Positions 50,962 through 62,924 of a stretch of DNA of 64,000 bases are shown here, one piece after another; the stretch's first letter is position 1, and each line of letters starts with the position of its first letter. The translations under genes were made by a program, and so were the position numbers. The stretch is from Gordius albopunctatus (Eukaryota), in the NCBI GenBank assembly GCA_964276515.1, contig OZ193910.1:3472001-3536000 (forward strand). The letters run 5' to 3'. A model generated the notes under the pieces. That model made no database searches. It was not told the origin of the DNA and worked only from the letters and a program-made list of their open reading frames with translations.

Positions 50962-53028
50962 GGATCTTCTCACGCACTATTCATTTACTACCTTGCATTA
51001 AAGGCTTTACATTACTTTCAAGTCAACAGGTATTACATATTTACATGTCATAATTACACTGCATGTTAATCATTTTTTTACAGCCTACTTACACACGTTA
51101 TCACTAACGTGGCCTGATGAACTTCCCATCGCATCTTATGCAGAGTAAGGTTTCTTATAAAAAGCTAAGTGACCTTTTCCCTTTTAAAATAAATAACCCT
51201 TATTTCTAACTTTTTATTTTTCTCTCCCTCCTGTTGAAATAAAAGATAGCCTGATGCATGAGACCACCCACTAGTTAAATTGCCCTCCCTCCCTCGTATA
51301 TGTAATAATACTTGTTCCTGAAAATTGTAAGAGTGCTAGCAGATCTACGTATAATAACGTCTCATATTTGCCTGGCGCCGTCGTTCTAAAAATAAACTCT
51401 TGTGCTTCCATCATACTAGTAATGGTGTTAATGCTGTTACCCCTGACCCCGCCCCCTTTACCCTCCGCGTCTATTTCTCACCAAATTTATTATTCCCCTT
51501 ATCGCTTGCCTGTTTTGTTATTTATCTGGCTCTGCCGTTCATACTCTGAACTTCCAGAATATCATTATATGGCGAAGCATGCGAGCGCAGTGCAGTCGGA
51601 AATGCAACCCCCCCCTGACAATCCTTTATTTATAATATTATACTATAGTTATATAAAATGGTGTATCAATTTATTTTTGTATTGATCATAAGTTTATTAT
51701 TTCTTTAACTACCTATTTTCCTAAAAACTTAAGTGAACTTACAATATATATAACGTCAAACAACGTGTGTTTTTTTCTGACCACCTTTTTACAAGTTTTT
51801 GCAACCTATAAATCAGTCATTTTTAAAGATTTGTTTTGCAAATTAGTTGTCAATTTTAAATAAAGGGCTAGGCAAGCCTTTCTCTTGTTATTTATCTTTA
51901 ATTTATTTATTTGATTAACCATTAAATTATCATATTCTTCCTTCTGTCTATATTTTTTTTTTCACCATACTCAAATTTTTATATCAAACTTATTTTCAAA
52001 ATTATAATTAATTATTTGATCATATTTAATCAATTTTAGTGCTTAATATCAAATTTAGGTAAGCCTTCCAGTATTAACTTTTATTCAATATCTGAGCTTC
52101 CGTATTACTTATAATTTATTTCTCTGTATGAAGTTTAAATTCGCATTGGATAGTAGTCTAGGGCCTAGATAGGCGTCGTCAATTCAAATATATCAAGGTA
52201 TGGACTTACCCCTTCCCCACACATTTCTAAAAAAAAAATATACGTTATTCTTACTAATATTCCTTCTCAATGGGTGGTCCTGACTTTATATCTCTCCCTC
52301 CTACCACTTACCCCCCCCCCCCTATTCTAACGACGAAATTAACTGCGAGCTCAAGACGAAAATGCTACTAATGTTGTATAAGACACTCACTTGGGAGGTG
52401 TATGCTTTACTTTTACCCCCCACCCCCTCCTCTTCTAGGGTATTCGATATGTGCAAAACAAGGAATAGATACTCTAACTTATTATTCTCCCCTTATCGCT
52501 CCCGGAAGATTTCTGGCGGCACTACCGTCAATACCCAACTATGAAATTAAAAATAAGTCGGAAAAAGATGGGCTCCCCCTTATAAATAATATATTTGCCC
52601 ACCCCTCTACAAATAAGAGGTAGTTATTTATAACCAGTAATCAATTTTCCCGAACAAATACTTGCTAAAATGCTATAATATATAAAATACAAGGCCGGTG
52701 ACCCTCACCTCCCGCTCCCCTCTGGAGCGACTCTATTTTTAAACTAATATATTTTCTACTGATCAAATGCTTCCGGAATTGATATCGCTTAAATACTAGT
52801 TTACTCTAAAAATAAGAGTGAAGCAGATTGACCCCCTCCCCCCATTAAAAGGAAAGTTAACCTCTACCCCTCTACAAAAATGGTCTTATTTATAACCAGT
52901 AATTCATCTACGAACTCACTTCTAATATATTAACAATATACAAAACACAACTACTATTAAGTTTTAAAATTCGTTACTAAATCCGTCTCATTCCACCCCA
53001 ACTTTTAATCCCTTATACTCAAATTAAA

Positions 53029-55920
53029 ATGATCCTAAAATTGGCTTCACTCAATACTCAAACCTTAAGAGAACCAGGAACGCTACAGAGCCTTACTTTA
53101 TTTGCCTCCCACCACAGAATTCATATTCTTTGTGTTCAGCAAACAAGATATTCACATCGCAAAGTTCTCCCCATTAACGACTATAATTGCTATTGCACGG
53201 AATGCGGCCTTGAGACTGCATCAGGGGTAGCCATTTTTATAAAAAAGGAACTCAAAGTGATTAGCATCGACTATGTTAACAACAGATTATTAATCATTCA
53301 CTTAAAAATAAAAAAGCGTTGTTTATCAATTTTTAACATATACGCTCCCCCCTCTTCCAAAAATTCTCAATCGATGGAATCCCTCCTCCAAAACATCAAA
53401 GTTAAATTTAACACTAAACACCTTAAAATCCTCGTCGGTGACTTCAATGCTTCCGTCCAGCGCACACTGGGGGATAATAAATTAATAATTGGCCCAAACT
53501 CAATTGGACCGACTAACCGAAACGGTAAACTACTTAAAAAATTCTGCTGTAAACATAAACTAAAGATAACCTCAACCTTTTCCGACCTTCCTCTGGATAA
53601 CCTAATCACATACCAAAAGAATGAAAATCACCGAGGTACCCAAATTGATCATATAATAGGCCAACTAAGAAACCACAAAATGATAAAGAACTTCCAAACC
53701 TTTCAGCCTCTAATAAAAACAGATCACTTTGTCATCTCAGCTGATCTCTTTATTAATCCCTCCTCTCTCCACACGTCAAAAAAACTTAAAAATACCCATC
53801 TCGAGCAAACATAATCAGAGACATCTCTCAACTTGAGTCCAGATTACAAACAGACTCGAAGGCACTTGGCGATCTTGCCCCCCTCACAGTCAATGACCAC
53901 AATGACACCTTAGCACAGTTTTTCACTCCATCCCAGAATGACCATCTCCATGTCAACATTAAGTCCTGGTTCTCCATCGATACCATTTATCTACTCGAGT
54001 CCCGGTATAAAGTCTTTAAGGATAAGACACTTAGAAATAAAAAAGCATGGGTCCAACATCTCACTAAAAAGATTAAAGCGGCAATAAAAAAGGACAAGGC
54101 TAATTACTTATCAAGCAAACTAAATGAAGCAGAATCTGCTGCTCGCACAAACAGTACACACACCCTTTACAAAGTGCTCAGGAACATCACCGCAAAATTT
54201 TCAGACAAATATAACTACAATACAAAACAAACATAGCTCCAACGATTCCTTGATCCAAACGGAGGCTTGGGAGAGCCACTTTAGTTCCATTCTAGATCGC
54301 CCTTATTCAATCCCCTGTTCCGACATATTCCTTGAATTTATTAACAACTTCAAAACACCCTCCACCCCTTCTATCAGTGTTGAACCACCCTCCTTAAATG
54401 AAATAAAATACGTGTTAAAATCCCTCAAACTTCATAAAGCTCCCGATGCAGAAAAAATCACAGCGGAAGCCCTTAAAGCTGATTACTCCCTGTCTAGCAA
54501 ACTATTGCATCAACTCTTCACTAAAATCTGGCTACAAGAGATCATCCCCCGCGCTTGGTCTACTGGTCTACTTAGTAAAATCTATAAAAAAGGAGACCCA
54601 TCACTTCCCGATAATTATAGAGGGATCACAATTATAAATAACATTTTCAAGGTTTTTATAAAATTAATATATAGGAGGATATATCCATTCATTGACGATA
54701 ATTTAAAAAGTAACCAAGCCGGCTTCCGTAAGTCCAAAACCACAATTGAACACATCCTTACCATCAAAAATATTATTGACATCTCTAAATCTAAATCTCC
54801 TTTAGTCCTAACATTTGTTGACATTCATAAAGCTTTCGACTCCCTATCCCACCTTTACATATGGGAATCTTTATGTCTACTAGGAATCCCCAAAAAAATT
54901 ATTAGACTTATCTTCTTTCTGTACAAAGACATGAAAGTGGTCATAAAACATCTACACCACCGCTCAAACCCAATCCAAGTCAATTTAGGAGTTAGACAGG
55001 GATGTCCATTATCTCCTCTACTATTCATCACGGCAATGGATCTCATAATTAGGAGATCCACCCTTCCTTACGACGGTATCCACATGAACGGCATCAAAGT
55101 GTCTTCACTGCTATTTGCTGACGATTTATGCATCATATCGGATTCAACTCTCAAAACTCAGAACTTTGCCGATAGATTCGTCTTAGAATCCAAGAAAGCC
55201 GGTTTAATAATTAACCCTAACAAGACTAACTTACTATCTATTAACATACCCTCCCAAAATACTACATTGTCTATTAGCAACACTTTAATCCCTTTTTCAG
55301 ATTCAATAAACTACTTAGGAGTTCTTCTTTCTCTAGACAAATACTCCCACCAAGATGCCTCTAATAAATTATCTAAAGCTCTAAAGAGTTTTTATTCATG
55401 CTATTCAATCTGGAAATCCAACGAACTGGCTCTACCGACCCGCCTTCGGCTGTTAAAAACCACCATATTGCCTATATTCCTCTATGGATGCGAAACATGG
55501 TCCCTAAAAGGTTCGACCATAAAAGCGGCCCAAACTAAACTAAATAAAATGCTCAGAATAATTTGTAAAATATTCTACCCTGAGGTAATTAGCAATCCAA
55601 ACCTCTGGACCCTTTGCGAAATCCCTCCCATAAAAAACATAATTATATCACGGAAATGGAACTTCCTAGCCCACCAGACCAGACGCAATGGACTCAACAT
55701 TTGCTTAAGAGCAATTCTATGGAGACCCCCTCAACTAAAAAAACTAAAATGTCGAGGTTCCTGGATCTACAAAACTTTTTTGGAACTCCGCTCTCATAAC
55801 CACGAATGGAATACTATAATCCCCATAATGCAAAACAGATCCGCTTGGAAAGCCTTTTCTGCCTCCAATTTCCCTTCAAAATATCCCCTCCCAATCGCCT
55901 CAACTTCGAGCTGTCTCTGA
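53029..55920 (+). mobile_element. Second, diverged APE-RT element of the same family, disrupted
   Basis: SLNTQTL, LCVQQTR, IYAP, GDFN, QIDH, TDH; RT NYRGIT, DIHKAFD, RQGCPLSP, FADD; collinear with 48080-50961. Confidence 0.9.
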
Positions 55921-57087
55921 AGCCTACAACATCGAAAATAAATGATCAGATCTATCCCTGAGACAGAGGGCGACCCATAAACTAGCTAACCACGGATAGA
56001 TACTTTCTTTCCACACCATCTAACCATGAACCCGAATCTGACGCACAAACTAGCAAGCAATGGAAAGCCTGCAAGTCCTCTTGCCAAAATAAGGAATGGT
56101 GGTATCTTATATTTATATGCTTATACTATTATACTTGTACTATTAGCTTGCACGGTCTGCTTTTACTTTATTGCTTCCGACTACTAAAAATACTGATCTT
56201 CGCTTTAACATACTAACACACTAACCACTAACCTACTAACAACTGAACACGTAACCTCTGGTTAGCGTGGCCCGAGATGCACCTATGGTGTCAGATGGGA
56301 CTCAATCTTATCTTGCCGATTTAGCTAAGCTCTTGTTTGTCATCGGGGCTTATACATACATACATACTTCGCCGCACTCCTGCACAGCCTACAGATTTTC
56401 CAGCGTCACGACGACCAATCATATATGCCCAATTTTTTGCAAAAAACATGTCATAACACTAACGTCATGGGTCATAACACTATCAGCGTGTGTCATAAGA
56501 TAAATTTAAACAACCAATCAGATTATCGCAAAATAGTTGCAATCTTTAATTTTTTTTTATTAATTTTTACACAATTCAGACGGTAAATCCATCTTTCCGT
56601 TTAGCTATAATTTTAGCAACATGAGTCACATTTCTGCAATTCCGGAAACATCAAAACGCCAAGGTATTTGTATTAATACATTGTGTATAAATGTAATTAT
56701 ATTTATACAGATATACCAAGAATAATAGTATCACTAATTTATTTATCTCACCTTCACAAACTTGGCCATTCTATTATATAAGCTTTAGAGTACTATGTTT
56801 ATTTTTACATATTATATAAAAATAGGTAAAATATATTGAAATACTAATATACATATTTAATAATTATTCATTATGTATATTTACTTGTAAATATAACCAC
56901 TAAATATATTTATACTTATATATATACATAATTATATTCTATTGACTAATATTTATGTTTTATGTACATATATATATATATATATCTACTTAATATACAT
57001 ACACTTAATAAATATATTATAATACGTGTAATATTTAAGTGTTATAAAAGATTTTTAATTGATTTGTAAATACAAATAAGTTTCAAA

Positions 57088-57715
57088 TATGTTATTTTAT
57101 TACTTAAAGACTATCTAAATCAACATTTTTAGCATTTTAAAAGCAAAAACCTAATTATGATAAGCAACAATCATTTTTTTTACAAACTTATATGTTGTTT
57201 TATTACTTAAAGACTATCTAAATCAACATTTTTAGCATTTTAAAAGCAAAAGCTTAATTATGATAAGCCACAATCATTTTTTTACAAACTTATATGTTGT
57301 TTTATTACTTAAAGACTATCTAAATCAACATTTTTAGCATTTTAAAAGCAAAAACCTTACTATTTCAAGCAACAATAATTTTTCACAGACCTTTATGTTG
57401 TTTTATTACTTAAAGACAATCTATATCAACATTTGTAGCATTTTAAAAGTAAAAACAAAATTATTTCAAGCAATAATCATTTTTCACAACCTATATGTTG
57501 TTTTATTATTTAAAGGGAACTATCTAAATCCATTTTTTAAATATTTTTAAGGCAAAAACATAAATATGTCAGGCAACAATCATTTTACACAAACTTATAC
57601 GTTTTTTACTTGAAAAGAACTATACAAATCAAAATTTTTAGCATTTTAAAAGCAAATCCCATATTATGTCTAGCAACAATCATTTTCACTGATTTATTTA
57701 TTGTTTTATTACTTG
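57088..57715. repeat. Tandem repeat, ~102-bp unit, ~6 copies
   Basis: Unit TTTTATTACTTAAAGACTATCTAAATCAACATTTTTAGCATTTTAAAAGCAAAA... recurs about every 102 bp and degrades towards the 3' end. Confidence 0.9.
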
Positions 57716-58893
57716 GAGGAATAGACACAGGGACAAGGATAGAATATCATGTAACATAAATATAAGTCAAAAAGTTGCAAATGCTAAAAACTTTGAGAAC
57801 AATATCAATGTATGCTATATACAAATAGAATGTAAACAAATAGTTTATTTACAATGTTAAAGTAACATTATTTCTTAACAAACAACACTTTTTTATCATT
57901 CACTCTTTAAATTAGTGCCTTTCCATTATTTAAAAGGATTTGATATCTGACAAAAGAGTTTTCAAATACAACATGTCACGTTCCTCCTCGTTTAAGCACT
58001 CACATTTCTCAATATTTATGAATCATCTAATGTCTTATTGTGGGTGTTTCCTTACAAACCCTTTTCATAAAGATTATATTTTTATAAAACTGCCATTTTT
58101 TCCTTCCCCAGATCTTGTGCTAATATAAAATATTATATAAAAAAACTACACCTATAATATAAGATTAAGATATTAATAGGTTTGTGTGAATTTAGATAAG
58201 GCATTGCTATACTTATACAAATAATATAAGGTTATACACGATATTAAGCATTTTTTTAACATGTTATAGTTAAAATTACATTAGTTAAAATGATCATTTT
58301 AATTTGTTGATATAAAACTATATATTATTTAATTTACAATATTTTATCCTTAATAAAACTACTAAAGTACAATTAAATTTACAATGACTCTTCATATGTT
58401 AGCTATCGGATAAATATCAGTTCATTTGATATAGAACATTATACATGATCCTATATTATAAAAAAAAGAATCATATATTATTATATAGCAAACTAATATA
58501 TTTTCATTTATTTATGATAAACTGCTCATATCTATAGTCCTGACAGTCAATTATTTAATATCAATACATTGTTATTATAAAACCTTTACTATATAGTTAA
58601 TTAATATATATTAATTATACAATAGTATTTAATATTTTAATATTAAATGAAATTTGTACAAAATACATATATTTTTCAATATTAATTTGATGCTTCAGAT
58701 ATATTGTCTAATTTGTCAACCTAGTCTCGATGTTAAAATTTCTCGATGTTGTGCATGATTCGTTTTTTAGTACATATTACATGCGTATGAATATGCGTGA
58801 AAACCGGTCTCAATTTCTAAAATACGAATATTACATTAGATTTTGCAGATATTAGATTTTGCACCAGATTCCTTCGCCGCAAACTTACTTAAA

Positions 58894-59867
58894 ATGAGAA
58901 GTAAATATATATTATATTAGTAGCTCTTGATAAAGGTAAATCTAATTTACAGAAAAAACTTGCTGGAAAGATTGCTAGGGTCAAGATTCCTGATGAAGAA
59001 AATCCTAACGATACATGATTCCCTTGAAGTGAGTTTTTTTCCTTTGTTCTTACTGGTTTAGAGGTCGAGACTATAAATTTTGTTAGACGACCCTTACCAG
59101 CGTTGATGATGGGTGAAAGGCTTACCTCAGGGTCTGCAGAGTTACTTTTTGCTATATTAATTTAGGTGTGAGTTTTTGCCCTTTGTTCTTACTGGTTTAG
59201 AGGTCGAAAGGGTTGTCTACCAAAATTTATAGTCTTGACCTCTAAACCAGTAAGAACAAAGGGCAAAAACTCACTTCAAGGGAATCATGTATCGTTAGGA
59301 TTTTCTTCATCAAGAATCTTGACCCTAGCAATCTTTCCAGCAAGTATTTTCTGTAAATTAGATTTACCTTTATCAATATTTATTAATAAAATATATATAA
59401 TATATATTTAGAATATATATTTAGATAGGTGAAGGCTTGGTTTTCCAAGCGATGGACATTCCAGAGGCTGTGCAGAAGCGACTTCAAAGTATTCAAATCC
59501 TAGTTTGGAATTATTATTAAGGAAACTGCCATTCTCTCGTTTAGTAATTGAATAATTTATATTTTATATATCTTCTTAGGTCAGGGAAATAGCTAATGAA
59601 TTAAAAATTGGAGGTGATTTTTATAGATGGCAAATAACAGCATTAGCTGCATTTCAGGAGGTGAGTTGGTTGAAAATATATACCTATTTGAAAAATTTTC
59701 ATTGTCCCTACATTATCAAATTTGAATAATTTTAGGCTGCGGAAGCCTTTATTATTAGCTTAATGGAAGCTGGTTATCAATGTTCATTGCATGCTAAATG
59801 GATAACTCTGATGCCTAAGGACCTAAATTTAGTTCGTTTTATTAGAAATGAAGACTCAAATCCTTAA
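58894..59867 (+). pseudogene. Divergent histone H3 variant, CenH3/CENP-A-like, intron-containing pseudogene
   Basis: Histone-fold exons ~59425-59543 (LELLLRKLPFSRL), 59580-59660 (VREIANELKIGGDFYRWQITALAAFQE), 59736-59867 (AAEAFIISLMEAGYQCSLHAKWITLMPKDLNLVRFIRNEDSNP*). N-tail-like KKLAGKIARVK at ~58950. In-frame TGAs. Confidence 0.8.
58927..59376. repeat. Inverted duplication, 169-bp arms (58927-59095 / 59208-59376)
   Basis: Arms are reverse complements with about 7 mismatches; the spacer holds a ~40-bp direct copy of part of the arm (59168-59207). Confidence 0.92.
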
Positions 59868-60199
59868 TACTCTATGTTTGAAGATAATTATATTTTAAAG
59901 AAACATTAACCTCAATTTGTAGTTGATTTATATTATTTGAAAATGGCGCAATTTATGCATTGACAAATCAAATGATATTAATAAATATATAAAATATATA
60001 TTTTATAGATTTGATGAATTTGTGTAATATTAAAGTAGCATTATTATTGGAATTTTGCATATATTGTCAAATATTATAAAAATAATTTCCTGTTTTGGTT
60101 ATTTGCAATTCTATGATAAGTCATTTATAATGGATCATTTATTATGGCAAAAACTTTATAATTTACAAAGCAGTTAAAGCTAATTTAGTATATGCAGTT

Positions 60200-61200
60200 C
60201 AATTAAGTTTAAAAAAAATGTATTTAAACATTCTATTAATTTTTGGATTTTTATGGCCCAAGGCCTTAAAAAGCATTAATAAGAAGAAGTATTATTATTA
60301 GAGTTGTATGGATTTGAATTTTTAATAACTTAAAAAAGTAAAATATATAATAAGTTTGCAAATTTTTCTCCCATATGAATGGCTTCTCTATGAAATAAAA
60401 ACATTTTCTGGTTGCCTTGGTCATAAAAAACCAAAATTAATTTGTCTTTCTATCTTGTGCTGACATTTGATTTTGTAGATTTTAAGTAGCATTTACTTAC
60501 TTTAAAAGATGGTTTACTGTTTTAGGGGTTTGTAGTGGCAGAATTTATGCCTAGAAGTTAAGATTCTAATATGTGTTTCACACCTTCAGATTTATGGTTC
60601 TTATAGTAAACTCGAAAATTGAGAGAATGTTTAACAAAAACTTAGCTAAAAGAATTTTATTTTTAGTGAAACCTGCCCAATGATGAAATTTAAATGGCCG
60701 CGGTAATTTGACCGTGCGAAGGTAGCATACTCATTTGCAATTTAATTGATTGCTAGGATGAATGGTTATTCTTTTACTTATTTGTACCTTTTAAAGAAAT
60801 AATTGAAATTGTGTTTCAAATGAAAACATCTGAAACAGATAAAAGAAGGGAAGACCCCAGGAGCTTCTAATATTATATTAGTTAGTTGGGGCAAATTAGG
60901 CTAAATGTGAAACTACTTATAAATCATAAATCTTGTAGATTTTAAAAAGATCCAAATTGTTTGAAAAAAAGTAAAAGTTACCCTGGGGCTAACAGCGTTA
61001 TAACATAAAACAGACCTTATGATTTATGTTGTTTGCGACCTCGATGTTGAGTTATTATGTCTGGTGGGGGTAGAGTTTCACTAAGATAGTCTGTTCGACT
61101 AATTAAAATAATCCATGACTTGAGTTCAGATCGGCGAGAGCCAGATCGGTTCCTATCTTTATAAAAGAAAACCTAGTACGAAAGGACCGGTTTTTGTTTA
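60200..61200 (+). rRNA. rrnL: Mitochondrial large-subunit (16S) rRNA copy within a NUMT; 5' boundary uncertain
   Basis: Conserved metazoan 16S motifs GGCCGCGGTAATTTGACCGTGCGAAGGTAGCAT, GAAGACCC, GTTTGCGACCTCGATGTTG, GTCTGTTCGACT, GAGTTCAGATCGG, TAGTACGAAAGGACC. Confidence 0.93.
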
Positions 61201-61204
61201 ACAC

Positions 61205-61271
61205 TCTAAAATAGCATAATTGAGCATTAAATTTAGAATTTAATGGTGGTGTTTATTAACACTTTTTAGAT
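61205..61271 (+). tRNA. trnL1: mt tRNA-Leu(UAG) copy (NUMT)
   Basis: Acceptor TCTAAAA/TTTTAGA, anticodon arm TTAAA-TTTAGAA-TTTAA, T arm GTGTT/AACAC. Confidence 0.8.
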
Positions 61272-61280
61272 TCAGGTTAA

Positions 61281-61345
61281 AACCGGTACTTTTATGAGTA
61301 TTTTAGAGCTGAAACCTCTACGTAATAGATATATACTAACTGGTT
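61281..61345. tRNA. mt tRNA copy (NUMT): Phe(GAA) if plus strand, Glu(UUC) if minus
   Basis: Acceptor AACCGGT/ACTGGTT and arm TAGAG-CTGAAAC-CTCTA; strand cannot be settled by eye. Confidence 0.6.
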
Positions 61346-61349
61346 GTCT

Positions 61350-61404
61350 AGATTAAAGACCGTAAGGCCTGAAATTACTTTCAAGGTAATTGTAGATTTA
61401 ATCT
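61350..61404 (-). tRNA. trnS2: mt tRNA-Ser(UGA) copy without a D-arm (NUMT)
   Basis: Minus strand: acceptor AGATTAAA/TTTAATCT, anticodon arm ATTAC-CTTGAAA-GTAAT, directly after the cob stop. Confidence 0.75.
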
Positions 61405-62462
61405 TAGGCTATTATATATAAACAAATAAAAGACAAGAAATAGATAAGACTAAATACCTGCCCCAATGTGTAAAAGGGCTCTTCTACTACCTGGGAACCA
61501 ATAAAACTGAGAAGTAAAAAGGAGCTAGAAGCGATTGTTGCTATAGCTTGTTGGGGTTTATTGTAAATTGTGATATTTTTATTACTGCCTAAGGTTAAAA
61601 TAAGTAAAATAAAAAGGCTTATAAATAAAGCAACTACACCTCCTAGTTTATTAGGGACTCTACAAAGGATGCCATAAGCAAATAAAAAATACCATTCAGG
61701 TATGATGTGGGCAGGGGTAGAAAGAGGGTTTGTTTCAATAAAATTAGAAACGTCTGACAAGGAGTCCGGTGACAAAAAAGCAATTACTATTAAACCTGTA
61801 AGAGGTAGAATAAAAGCGGAAACATTCTTTCACGTTTATAACATGTGAAAGGATGTTTTTATTGTTTCAGATGGCAACCCTAAAGGGTTGTTGCTTCCTT
61901 TTTCATGTAGTAATATTAAATGAGCTAAAGATAGTGCTATTAAAAGTATAGGTAAAATAAAGTGCAAGGAGAAAAATCGACTTAAAGTAGGTTCGCCGAC
62001 TCTAAAACCCCCTCAGATCCATAATACAATACTTTTACCTAGATAGGGGACGGCAGAAAGCATGTTAGTGATAACTGTGGCTGCCCAGAAAGATATTTGC
62101 CCTCAAGGGAGGACATATCCTAAGAAAGTTGTGACTATAGATAGAGCAAGCATTACTCAACCTGTAATTCAAGTGTTCGGGTTTAAAGTATAAGAGCCGT
62201 AAAAAGTCTACGAAAAATATGCAAGTAGATAAATATAAATATAAAGGATGCACCTAGTGCATGGAATCTTCGAAAGGTGAACCCTTCTCACACATTATTT
62301 TCAATTATTAAAACAGATGTGAATGCTATGTGGGTGCTCGATGTGTAGTGTATAGATAAAAATAATCCTGACACGATCTGGGTTACTAGAAATAAACCTG
62401 TTAGTGACCCTATGTTTCATCAATAGTTTAGATTAGGGGGTGTCGGAAGATCGATAATAAAC
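61404..62462 (-). pseudogene. cob: Cytochrome b NUMT, 5'-truncated
   Basis: In the invertebrate mitochondrial code (TGA=Trp) it reads IIDLPTPPNLNYWWNMGS...PAHIIPEWYFLFAY...PNKLGGV. In-frame TAA near 61838 and a 1-nt deletion near 62203. Confidence 0.93.
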
Positions 62463-62463
62463 A

Positions 62464-62560
62464 CTATGCGAAGATACAAATGAGAAAGTATTCGAGGATG
62501 CCAAAAAGTGGTTAAAGCGCTTAGCAGGATATGGTTTAAAGGTCAACAATCGAAAAGGTA
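62464..62560 (+). mobile_element. Small RTE RT fragment at the NUMT junction
   Basis: LCEDTNEKVFEDAKKWLKRLAGYGLKVN resembles LCDETREEVFHQAKKWSERFSEFGL of the local RTEs. Confidence 0.7.
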
Positions 62561-62924
62561 TACATGAAGATGAACGTTAAAAGCACCCGATTGCTAGATA
62601 ACCATTTAAAAGTTGACATGTTTATACCCATCCATAGATGTAGCATCAAGAGGGAGATTGCCCAGAAAGAGCCAAAGCACCCATCAAAAACGGATGGCAA
62701 ATGATAACTATCAAGCCCTAGGTTAGTAAAGTTTAAAGGCATTTAGGCAGTATTTCTGATATTAAAATTAATTTTTCTTATTTCCCTTTAAATTTTCATA
62801 TAGATATAAAGATCGCGCTACCAACAATACGATCGTGCTACCAATATAATGTTCGGACTACCAATATGAATCCTGGTTTATTGTCAAAACAAATAAAACA
62901 GTATAATGGACGTATCCGAGTTAT

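Noticed and set aside
51108..51170. CTGATGA in the LINE 3' flank as a hammerhead ribozyme core
   Set aside because: No downstream GAAA with a closing stem II on the same strand, and not conserved in the second copy.
56560..58200. Possible exons flanking the 102-bp array (ATG at ~56622; minus-strand coding-like stretch at 57880-58150)
   Set aside because: Could not be joined into an open frame or matched to any family.
58927..59376. Long palindrome as part of the NUMT (mitochondrial coding palindrome)
   Set aside because: The arm contains a GTGAG splice donor and an H3-tail-like peptide in phase with the histone-fold exons; no mitochondrial protein recognised.
59900..60010. Possible degenerate mt tRNAs (Thr/Tyr-like arms) upstream of rrnL
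   Set aside because: Only partial anticodon stems in very AT-rich sequence; no full cloverleaf could be drawn.
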